The translations under genes were made by a program, and so were the position numbers. Shown here in pieces: positions 50,157-58,751 of a DNA stretch of 64,000 nt (position 1 is the stretch's first letter; each line of letters opens with the position of its first letter). The DNA comes from Nibricoccus sp. GTDB lineage: Bacteria; Verrucomicrobiota; Verrucomicrobiia; Opitutales; Opitutaceae. The DNA lies in the NCBI GenBank assembly GCA_047602425.1, contig JASGHG010000001.1:2720001-2784000 (forward strand). The letters run 5' to 3'. The notes under the pieces were generated by a model. That model searched no databases. It saw nothing but the letters and a program-made list of their open reading frames with translations, and had not been told where the DNA came from.

Positions 50157-50281
50157 ACGAAATGGCCCTTTGAATGTTGAAACAAACAGCTTGGCGTCGG
50201 CAGTGAACCGTAGCCTAGACGTTATATTAGGCAATGGGCGGTTAGATTTGTTTCCTGAAGTTTTCAGGAACCGCCCGGAGT

Positions 50282-52303
50282 TTACCGGGGCGTATGAGCG
50301 ACCACGAGCTCCTTTGTGAGGTGCATCGAGTTGGCGGCCGCGGTTTCAGCGGGCGTCAGTGCGCGGTAGAGGCGGTTCTTGTAAAGATAACTCGCGGTTT
50401 GGTAGTACGCGATGGTTTCCGGGATGTCGTCGCAGCTGTTGTCGCTGCGTGGGGTGAGCGTGAACGTGTTGGGATTGTAGCTATATTGGGTGGTTCCCCG
50501 GACGGGTTTCAAGACTGCGAGCATGCCCGGCTCATAAAGGCCAAGACGCTGGTAGTTGCCGATGAGGGCCCGGCGGTCACCGGTGGCGCGGCGAACGTCC
50601 CACCCGAAGAAGCGACTTGGATAAGACCAGTTGAGCAGGCCGAGCAGCGTCGGCGCGTAATCAACCTGGCTGGTAAGGTCGGCAATGTGGCCGGGGGCGA
50701 TCTGGCCGCCGGGCGCGTAGACGAACAGAGGAATGTGATAGTTCTGTACGGGTAGTTCGGTTTTTCCGGCGGAGGAGGCGCAGTGGTCGGCAACGACGAC
50801 AAAGACCGTGTTTTTAAACCAAGGGCGGGTCGAAGCCTCGCGGATGAACTGGCCGATGGCGAAGTCGGTGTATTTCACTGCGCCGGCCCGACCGGAGATT
50901 TTCGACGGCAAGTCGATTTTACCCTCGGGGTAGGTGAAGGGCCGATGGTTCGAAGTGGTCATCACGAAATGGAAAAACGGTTTTCCCTCGGCGGCGGCGC
51001 GGTCCGCCTCGCGCAGGGTCCAACGGTAAAGATCCTCATCGCAGGCGCCCCACGCATTGGCGAAGGTGATGTCGCTTTTCGCAACCCCGGCGCGGTCGAC
51101 AACGCGATAACCATTGTGACCGAAGAAATAGTTCATGTTGTCGAAGTACCCGTAGCCGCCATAAATGAACGCAGTATCGTAGCCTTTGCTTTGAAAAACC
51201 GAACCAAGGGTGAACAGGTTTTCATTGTGCGGGCGTTTGACGAGTGAGCGGCCCGGGGTGGGGGGAATCGAGAGCGTGAGGGCTTCCATGCCGCGGTCGG
51301 TGCGTGTGCCGGTGGCGTAGAAGTTGTCGAAGACCAGGCTTTGACGGGCGAGAGCCTCCAGTTCGGGCGTAAGCCGCGACGCGCGGTTGAAGATGCTGAG
51401 AAAATCGGCGCTCAGGCTTTCAACCGTGATCTGGATGACATTGAGTTTTAGTTCTGGACCCTGGTTTTTGACGAAGCGGAGCGTATCCCGGGGATTGTTG
51501 CCCAGAGGCATGCTGCCGTCGTAGGCGAGCTCGGAATGCAACTTTTTGAAAGCCTCATCGAGCGGGAGCGTCGCGTAAAACTGGTCGTAATCGAGTTCGT
51601 TGTTGCGGAAGGCGGCGAAGAGCGACCAGACGCCGTTTTTGGCGAGCTCGCGATTGTAGTTATTGGCGAACGACGGCAGGCGGTCTGAGTCCAGCACGAT
51701 GCCCGCCACGAGCGCGGCGCCGAACCAGCCGCAAGCTCCCAACCAGCGTTGCCCGGCGCTTTCGGTGGCGTCGTCCAGCCAGCGGCGAACCCAGCCGGTG
51801 CGCAGCACGAAGGCATAGGCGGCGATCGTGACGGCAAAAATCCCGGCGAAGATCCAGGGCATCGGGTAGGATTCGCGGATGTTGTCGATCACCTCGTGGG
51901 TGTAGACGAGATAGTCGACTGCGATGAAATTGAAGCGGGCGCTGAACTCATCCCAGAACACCCACTCGGAAACCGCACCAAAAAGACAGAGCCAAAGTGC
52001 GCCCATGAGGCATAGGTGGGCGAGCCCCCGCGCCCAGAGTCTTTCGAAAAACCGCGCGGGCAGCGCCGTGAGCAGCAGGATCACCGGCAGCGCGAACAAC
52101 AGGCTTGCGCCAAGATCGAAAAGCAGGCCCCAGGCGAACGCGGCTACCAAACTGCTGTCGAAGCTGACTGCGGCGACGGATTTTGCCAGCAAAGCAAGCC
52201 GGGTGGTCAGGGAGACCGCGCCAAAAAGCACGAGGAATATGAGCACGCCGCCGTGCCGCCGTTCAAGAAGGCGAAAAAAGGTCGAACGCAAAGGAAGTCG
52301 CAT
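50282..52303 (-). CDS. LTA synthase / sulfatase family membrane protein
   Basis: Five N-terminal TM helices; 'ITVESLS', 'TGTRTDRG', 'TTSNHRP', 'VADH'. Confidence 0.92.
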   Translation of the reverse strand: MRLPLRSTFFRLLERRHGGVLIFLVLFGAVSLTTRLALLAKSVAAVSFDSSLVAAFAWGLLFDLGASLLFALPVILLLTALPARFFERLWARGLAHLCLMGALWLCLFGAVSEWVFWDEFSARFNFIAVDYLVYTHEVIDNIRESYPMPWIFAGIFAVTIAAYAFVLRTGWVRRWLDDATESAGQRWLGACGWFGAALVAGIVLDSDRLPSFANNYNRELAKNGVWSLFAAFRNNELDYDQFYATLPLDEAFKKLHSELAYDGSMPLGNNPRDTLRFVKNQGPELKLNVIQITVESLSADFLSIFNRASRLTPELEALARQSLVFDNFYATGTRTDRGMEALTLSIPPTPGRSLVKRPHNENLFTLGSVFQSKGYDTAFIYGGYGYFDNMNYFFGHNGYRVVDRAGVAKSDITFANAWGACDEDLYRWTLREADRAAAEGKPFFHFVMTTSNHRPFTYPEGKIDLPSKISGRAGAVKYTDFAIGQFIREASTRPWFKNTVFVVVADHCASSAGKTELPVQNYHIPLFVYAPGGQIAPGHIADLTSQVDYAPTLLGLLNWSYPSRFFGWDVRRATGDRRALIGNYQRLGLYEPGMLAVLKPVRGTTQYSYNPNTFTLTPRSDNSCDDIPETIAYYQTASYLYKNRLYRALTPAETAAANSMHLTKELVVAHTPR

Positions 52304-52403
52304 GAGGGTAGGCTGGAGGGGCTGGAAAATAGTGCGCAGTGCAGAGGGTAGACGCAGTATCTTATTTCTTGTTCAATGAAGTTTCAACCGCATGGTCGTG
52401 TTC

Positions 52404-53504
52404 ATGCCCGATGCCAAACCGTTTACCTTTGTCTGTGGACCGGACGACTACCTTGTCAACCGGTTGGGGAAGGAACGTTTCGAGGAACTGGCGAAGGACA
52501 TTACTGACGAATTTTCGCGTGAGGTACTCAGTGGGTTCGCCAACAATGTCGGTGAAGTCGAGGCGGCCGTCAATCGCTTCCGCGAGAGCGTGCAGACGAT
52601 CTCGATGTTTGGTGGCAAGCGTGCGGTTTGGCTTAAGGACGTGAATTTTCTCGCCGACACGGTGACCGGCCGCGCCGAAAGCACGCTGAAGCTTGTCGAG
52701 GATTTGCAGGCGATCCTCGCTGCGATCAATCCGGCGGAGGTGGCGGTGGTTGTGACGGCTGCGCCTGTCGATCGCCGCCGCTCATTTCCGAAATGGTGCG
52801 AAAAGAACGCCGATTTTACCGTTGTCGGCGGCGAAGGCGAAGGCGCAGCTCAGGCCCTGGCCGGATTGGTGGTGGGCGAAGCGGATAGTTGGGGCGTGTC
52901 ATTTGGTGAAGGGGCGCTGGAACTGTTGCTCGCAAAAGTTGGCGCCAATACCCGTCTGCTCATCGAAGAAACGCACAAACTCGCGGCGTACATTGGCGAC
53001 GAGAAAACGATTAAGGAGGAACATGTTGCCGACCTCACGCCCAACGTGGCCGAAGGCGATTTTTTTGAGGCGGCCGAAGCGTTTTTCAGCGGCGATCTCA
53101 AGTGGACATTGCGGGCGCTCGAACACCATTTTTTCACCGGCGGCGACGCGCGGCCGATCATCGCGGCACTGCAAAACCGAAACCGTATTCTGCTCCAAAT
53201 CCGCGCGCTCCTCGATTCCGGCGAAGTCAAACTCGGACCGCGTGGGCTCGACAAAAGCGGCTTTGACCGGGCCGCGGCCACGCACGCACCGAACTTCGTC
53301 GGTGTGACTGAAAAAAGTTCATATAATCTCTTCACACAAAATCCGTGGTACCTCGGCAAACTCGCGAGCACAGCCAAGCTGCCGCCCCTGCGTCGCTTGA
53401 TCGACAATCAACAGGAATTCATCAACGCCTTCGAAGAAATCATCCGCCGTCCCGATGAGCCTGAGGAAGTTATGCGCGAGATGGCCGTGCGTTGTCTGAC
53501 ATGA
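52404..53504 (+). CDS. holA: DNA polymerase III subunit delta
   Basis: 'GPDDYL', 'SMFGGKRAV', 'E..KL..Y'; size and helical C-terminus fit HolA. Confidence 0.85.
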   Translation: MPDAKPFTFVCGPDDYLVNRLGKERFEELAKDITDEFSREVLSGFANNVGEVEAAVNRFRESVQTISMFGGKRAVWLKDVNFLADTVTGRAESTLKLVEDLQAILAAINPAEVAVVVTAAPVDRRRSFPKWCEKNADFTVVGGEGEGAAQALAGLVVGEADSWGVSFGEGALELLLAKVGANTRLLIEETHKLAAYIGDEKTIKEEHVADLTPNVAEGDFFEAAEAFFSGDLKWTLRALEHHFFTGGDARPIIAALQNRNRILLQIRALLDSGEVKLGPRGLDKSGFDRAAATHAPNFVGVTEKSSYNLFTQNPWYLGKLASTAKLPPLRRLIDNQQEFINAFEEIIRRPDEPEEVMREMAVRCLT

Positions 53505-53694
53505 AATAAGCAACCATCTGGTTTATTCCGGGCCGCGCGATTCGGGTGCGTGCCAGTTTCGTGTACATCCCATGTCGTCAGTCGTTGGAATGCTTTACCA
53601 AGTCTCTTACTTTCGATTTGCCCTGACGGACGAACCGTTGTGACTGGTCGGTGTCTGTCGCGCCGCCCCACGCGTCCCGATGCATCTTCCAGCC

Positions 53695-55134
53695 ATGACC
53701 ACCGAGCTCGCTTCCTCCTCCGCCATTCCCAACGTCCTCGCCGAACGCTACGCCTCGCCCGCGATGAAAGACATCTGGTCTCCCGCCGGCCGCATCGCAA
53801 TCGAGCGCGATTTCTGGATCGCCGTGATGAAAGCCCAGCGCGATCTCGGCGTGGCCATTCCGGCCGAGGCGATTGCAGACTACGAGCGGGTTAAAGATCG
53901 GATCGATCTCGTCTCCATTGCTGCGCGCGAACGCAAAACCCTGCACGACGTGAAGGCGCGCATCGAGGAGTTTTCCGACCTTGCCGGACGCCAGTTCATC
54001 CACCTCGGACTCACGAGCCGCGACCTGACCGAAAACGTCGAACAGCTCCAAATTCACCGTGCCCTCCAGGTTGTCCGCATGAAAACGGCTGCGGCGTTGC
54101 TTGCGCTTTCGAAACGCGCCGCCGCTCACCGCGATCTCATGCTTACGGGTCGCACGCACAACGTTCCCGCCCAACCAACCACTCTCGGCAAACGCATCGC
54201 CATGTTCGGCCAGGAAATGCTAGCGGCCTACACGCGGTTCGACGAACTCGTTGAACGCTATCCTGTGCGCGGCCTTAAAGGCGCAGTTGGCACCCAGCTC
54301 GACCAGTACACGCTCATGGGCGGCAAGGCGGACAAAGTCGCCAAGCTCGAAGCGCGCGTGATCAAACACCTCGGCTTCAAAGGCGCGCTTTTCGCCGTCG
54401 GCCAGGTTTACCCGCGCTCGCTCGATTTCGAAGTCGTCAGTGCGCTCCATCAAATCGGCGCCTCCGCCGCGAGCTTTGCCACGACGCTGCGCCTCATGGC
54501 CGGTCAAGGCTTGCTCACCGAAGGTTTTCAGGAAGGCCAGGTCGGCTCCTCGGCGATGCCTCACAAGGTTAACGCGCGAAATTGCGAACGCGTTTGCGGT
54601 TTCTCCACGATTCTCTCCGGCTACGTCACGATGACGGGTGCGCTCGCCGGCCACCAATGGAACGAAGGCGACGTTTCCTGCTCTGTCGTGCGTCGTGTCG
54701 CGTTGCCCGACGCGTTCTACGCGATCGACGGCCTGCTCGAAACCTTCGTCACCATCCTGCGTCAGATGGACGTCTTTCCGGCCGTGATCGCCGCGGAAAA
54801 CGTACGCAACCTGCCCTTCCTCGCCACAACCACCATCTTGATGGAATCCGTCAAGACCGGCGCCGGACGCGAAACCGCCCATGAAGCGATCAAGGAGCAC
54901 GCCCTTGCCGCTGCGAAGTCGATTCGCAACGGCGAAGACGCCAACATGATCGCCCGCCTCTCCGGCGACAAACGCCTCGGATTGAAGCGCGAAAAACTCG
55001 AAGCCATCCTTGCCGATGGCTCTAGGTTCGTCGGCGCCGCCCCGGAACAGGTCGATGAATTCGTCGCCACCGTTGCTCCGCTGGCGAAGAAGATCAAAGG
55101 CGCCGCGACCTACCAGCCGGGAAAATTGCTGTAG
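53695..55134 (+). CDS. purB: Adenylosuccinate lyase
   Basis: Motifs 'ERYAS', 'IHLGLTS', 'GRTHNVPAQPTT', 'GSSAMPHKVN'. Confidence 0.95.
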   Translation: MTTELASSSAIPNVLAERYASPAMKDIWSPAGRIAIERDFWIAVMKAQRDLGVAIPAEAIADYERVKDRIDLVSIAARERKTLHDVKARIEEFSDLAGRQFIHLGLTSRDLTENVEQLQIHRALQVVRMKTAAALLALSKRAAAHRDLMLTGRTHNVPAQPTTLGKRIAMFGQEMLAAYTRFDELVERYPVRGLKGAVGTQLDQYTLMGGKADKVAKLEARVIKHLGFKGALFAVGQVYPRSLDFEVVSALHQIGASAASFATTLRLMAGQGLLTEGFQEGQVGSSAMPHKVNARNCERVCGFSTILSGYVTMTGALAGHQWNEGDVSCSVVRRVALPDAFYAIDGLLETFVTILRQMDVFPAVIAAENVRNLPFLATTTILMESVKTGAGRETAHEAIKEHALAAAKSIRNGEDANMIARLSGDKRLGLKREKLEAILADGSRFVGAAPEQVDEFVATVAPLAKKIKGAATYQPGKLL

Positions 55135-55534
55135 CCTTTATCGTGGAGTTGGATCGCAAGACATATCCCATTTTGTATACGTTCCGACCGATAGAAGATC
55201 GGCTTGTCACACATCCAGCGGACGGTCGCGTCGTCGGATTTCCTGATCATCCATTTTTGAAAGTGTCGATGCCGAAGGGAATGTTCAAAGTCACTGATGA
55301 TTCCACTAATACGATTGTCGGTGCTGAGTTGTTTTCTACTTGGCTGTTGCTCCGATGGTTAGGGTTGGGTTTTTGGATATTTCAATCAGCTTCCGCTTTC
55401 TTTACTTGTGGCGTGACGGAAGGATGATCGTCGAATGCGAAAATCCGCAGGTGAGTTACCTTTTCCTAGCGGTTGGATGTGTCCAGTGGTATAAGTTACG
55501 CGGTACTTAAGAACTGGAATCTTTGTAGAAAGCT

Positions 55535-56098
55535 TTAAATTGGTTTGAGGTGTAAACTATTTTGTAGGCTGATTTTCTTTTTTCCTCGGAGCAGCCGCCT
55601 GACGCGCCAGCGTTGCTCCTTGTTCACGATGTAGCCGACGCAACGTTTGGCGCCGCAGCGGCAGGGGTGCAGGCGCCATTCGGCGTAAGGGAAACCATAG
55701 TCGAAAGTGAGTTCCTCGCCGACGGCGATGTTGCGACGGGCGACGATCCAGATGTGACCGCCAATGTTGTCGGCACGGCAGTTTGGCGCACAGGAATGGT
55801 TAATCAGGCGAGCGATGTTGCGCACGGAGCGGCCATCGAGGTCGTGCGTTTTGTTGAGATCGAAGATGTACACACAATCGTCGCCGCCTCGCTTTTGGCG
55901 TTCCAAGCGTTGTTCTTCGCGTTTGCGCGATTCGGCTTTGGTGATGCGTTCACCCGTATACTCGATCACCCGTGTGCCGTCAGGGATGTCGCATCGGGCA
56001 TAAACGCCGCGGCCATGAATCGCGGACTGACGGGCGGAGATCCAGCGGCTGGTGACGTGCTTGGTCGTTTTCTGCTTTTTTGGGGAAAGGCGGGCCAT
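55535..56098 (-). CDS. SET-domain protein-lysine methyltransferase with post-SET Cys motif
   Basis: Motifs 'IHGRG', 'RLINHSCAPN', 'GEELTFDY', 'CRCGAKRC'. Confidence 0.92.
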   Translation of the reverse strand: MARLSPKKQKTTKHVTSRWISARQSAIHGRGVYARCDIPDGTRVIEYTGERITKAESRKREEQRLERQKRGGDDCVYIFDLNKTHDLDGRSVRNIARLINHSCAPNCRADNIGGHIWIVARRNIAVGEELTFDYGFPYAEWRLHPCRCGAKRCVGYIVNKEQRWRVRRLLRGKKKISLQNSLHLKPI

Positions 56099-56204
56099 GG
56101 TCGGACGTAAGGGCCGGAAACCATACGATCGCGCGGTCGCAAAACAAGCCCGACTCAAAGCTCATGCGGGGAAGCCTGCGACGCTGCCTGCCTGGATCGA
56201 AACG

Positions 56205-57176
56205 TTATTTCTTTCCCGCGGGAGCGTCGGACGGTTTTTTTTCTGCGGTGGGCTCGTCCATCTCGATGACCTTGAGTTCGCCGGCGCCGACCGTGCCTTT
56301 ACGGTTGATGCGTTTGTCGACGATGGTTGGTTCGTTCATTTCGCGGCCGAAGTAGGATTTACCGCTGGAGACGAGCGTCGGGATGGTCTCGGAGATTGAA
56401 AGTCCCTGGGCGGGCGTACTCATTTTTGTCCGCCAGAGCAGCTTGCGCTCGCCCTTGGCGAGTGCACCGGCATCGTAAGCGGAAACGACGACAAAATAGC
56501 AGTCGTCGAGAATTTGGTCGACCAAGCTGCGATTAAGTTCGGTGCGGACTGAAAACATGTACACCGGGTCGATCCCGATGGGTGCGGCATTTCCGGGCAC
56601 CGTTGCTCGTTCGCGGTCGATCAAGGCGGCCTCGAATTCCTTGGCGAACTTTGTGCCACCGACAAGTTGGGCGCGCGAAAGGAGGTTGCGGTGTCCCACG
56701 TCGCGAAAACCGCCCATGTCCGTTTCCAGATCGGCTTTGTCCAGCCGGGCATGCACACCCCAAAAATAAAAGAGCGCGAGAGTGGCGGGATGGTCTTTAT
56801 CCGCGAGATTGTAGTGTCGGCTGGCAAAAGAACTTTGGATAAACCGCTGCAGGTCCTCTTCCGGAACTTTGCCGGCATCGTCGACGCCATGGCCGCGGTG
56901 CTGATAACCCATCGAATTGATGATGTAGTAAGACGGCTTTTCCGCCGTGGGCGGGGGCAGTTTTTTGCCCTCATCCGTCATTTCCGTGATGACGGAGATG
57001 GCCAGAAGCGGGTGCGATTGAAGGGCGGTGGGAAGCAGCGAGGAGAAAAAATAGGACCATTCCTTCCGCCGCTCTTCGGCCGTGCGAGGCGATCTGGAGT
57101 CGGCCGCGGCGACAATCGTCGATGCGGCAGACAGGCTGACGATGCACAACAACAGCTTGGGCAGGGTTGCTTTCAT
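56205..57176 (-). CDS. Exported hypothetical protein (possible DUF4136-like fold)
   Basis: Signal peptide; 'YFVVVSAYD...LLWRT' strand pattern. Confidence 0.6.
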   Translation of the reverse strand: MKATLPKLLLCIVSLSAASTIVAAADSRSPRTAEERRKEWSYFFSSLLPTALQSHPLLAISVITEMTDEGKKLPPPTAEKPSYYIINSMGYQHRGHGVDDAGKVPEEDLQRFIQSSFASRHYNLADKDHPATLALFYFWGVHARLDKADLETDMGGFRDVGHRNLLSRAQLVGGTKFAKEFEAALIDRERATVPGNAAPIGIDPVYMFSVRTELNRSLVDQILDDCYFVVVSAYDAGALAKGERKLLWRTKMSTPAQGLSISETIPTLVSSGKSYFGREMNEPTIVDKRINRKGTVGAGELKVIEMDEPTAEKKPSDAPAGKK

Positions 57177-57394
57177 GGAGAATGCGACGAAGCGGGCGAA
57201 GAGCGGAGTTTACTCGAACTGCGATGCCGGAGCGGGTGACGCGCAATCTTTGGCGGGATCGGCCGCGCATGGCAAATACTATGCTAGCGGCGCAATTTGC
57301 ATGATTTAGCGGAAATTTGGGTTTGCCACAGCCGGGGGGGAGTCGCTTCCTTTGTCCCTCACGTTACTTTAAAACCTCTTATCACAACACTGCC

Positions 57395-58651
57395 ATGGCT
57401 GAACTCGTAGGAAATGTTTTGGTGGGCCAATCCGGTGGCCCCACCGCCGTTATTAACGCCAGTGTGGCCGGCGTCGTCGCCGAGGCCCTCAACCACGGCT
57501 GCATCGAAGAAATTTACGGCTGTCTCAACGGCGTCCTTGGCATCCTCCAAGAAGACCTCATCGACCTCGCCTCCGAATCGCAGCAGACCATTCGTGGTCT
57601 CCGCCACACTCCTGGCGCCGCGCTCGGCACCTGCCGTTACAAACTCAAAAAGCAGGCCGATTTCGAACGCGTGCTCGAAGTTTTCAAGGCGCACAACATT
57701 CGCTATTTCTTCTACGCGGGCGGCAACGACTCGCAGGACACCGCCGACAAAATTTCCAAGCTCGCCCAACAACAGGGTTACGAGCTCCGCGTCATCGGCG
57801 TGCCAAAGACGATCGATAACGATCTCCCCGTCACCGACCACTGCCCCGGCTACGGCAGCGTCGTGAAACATATCTGCACGACCGTTCGCGAGCTCGCTTG
57901 CGACCACGAAGCGATGGGCCAGCACGACCTCGTCTCGATCGTCGAAGTCATGGGCCGCAACGCTGGTTGGATTGCCGCCGGCGCCTCGCTCGCGAAACGC
58001 CGCGACCAGCCGCACGACGCTCCGCACCTGATCTATTTGCCTGAAGTCGCGTTCAGCACCGAAAAATTCATCGAAGACGTAAAACGCGTCCTCAAGCGCG
58101 AGAAGTATTGCATGGTGGTCGTTGGCGAAGGCCTGATCGACGCCGATGGCAATTACGTTTCCGCCGCCGAAGCAACCGACGCCTTCGGCCACGCCCAACT
58201 CGGCGGTGCCGCCGAATACCTCCAAGGTTTGGTTGAGCAAAATCTCCCCGGCATCAAAGCCCGCACCGCCAAGTTCGGCATCGCCCAGCGTGCCGCCGCT
58301 CATGCCGGTTCGAAGACCGACGCCGACGAAGCCTTCATGGCTGGCCAGGCCGCAGTCAAAGCCGCGATTAACGGCGAAACCGACAAAATGGTCACGCTCG
58401 TCCGCGTCGACGGCGATCATTACACCTGCGAAACCGGCCTTGCTCCGCTGAGCGACATCGCCAACGGCGTGAAGAAGCTTCCCCGCGAATGGATCAACGA
58501 AGACGGCGTCAGCATGAACTTCCAGTTCCAACGCTATGCGCTTCCGCTGATCCAGGGCGAAACTCCGGTCCCGTACGAGAACGGTCTGCCCAACTTCGCA
58601 AAACTCGAAAAAGTTCGCGTCGACAAAATCCTCGGCGCTTACGAACTCTGA
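57395..58651 (+). CDS. pfp: Phosphofructokinase, PPi-dependent type
   Basis: 'GQSGG', 'GGNDS' (Asp) and 'PKTIDND' (Lys) are PPi-type signature residues; 'MGR'. Confidence 0.88.
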   Translation: MAELVGNVLVGQSGGPTAVINASVAGVVAEALNHGCIEEIYGCLNGVLGILQEDLIDLASESQQTIRGLRHTPGAALGTCRYKLKKQADFERVLEVFKAHNIRYFFYAGGNDSQDTADKISKLAQQQGYELRVIGVPKTIDNDLPVTDHCPGYGSVVKHICTTVRELACDHEAMGQHDLVSIVEVMGRNAGWIAAGASLAKRRDQPHDAPHLIYLPEVAFSTEKFIEDVKRVLKREKYCMVVVGEGLIDADGNYVSAAEATDAFGHAQLGGAAEYLQGLVEQNLPGIKARTAKFGIAQRAAAHAGSKTDADEAFMAGQAAVKAAINGETDKMVTLVRVDGDHYTCETGLAPLSDIANGVKKLPREWINEDGVSMNFQFQRYALPLIQGETPVPYENGLPNFAKLEKVRVDKILGAYEL

Positions 58652-58678
58652 GCGAAAGCTGAGTCAAAAGTTTCAATC

Positions 58679-58708
58679 AAAGCCGGTCCATCTGGACCGG
58701 CTTTTTTG
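58679..58708 (+). terminator. Rho-independent terminator, possibly bidirectional
   Basis: AAAGCCGGTCCA-tc-TGGACCGGCTTT followed by T's. Confidence 0.85.
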
Positions 58709-58751
58709 GTTTCTTGGTAGACTGCGTTGATCCGGATCAGCGGGTGGCTCT

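Noticed and set aside
55143..55427. 94-aa ORF after purB
   Set aside because: GTG start, atypical composition and no recognisable family; reported only as part of an AT-rich insert.
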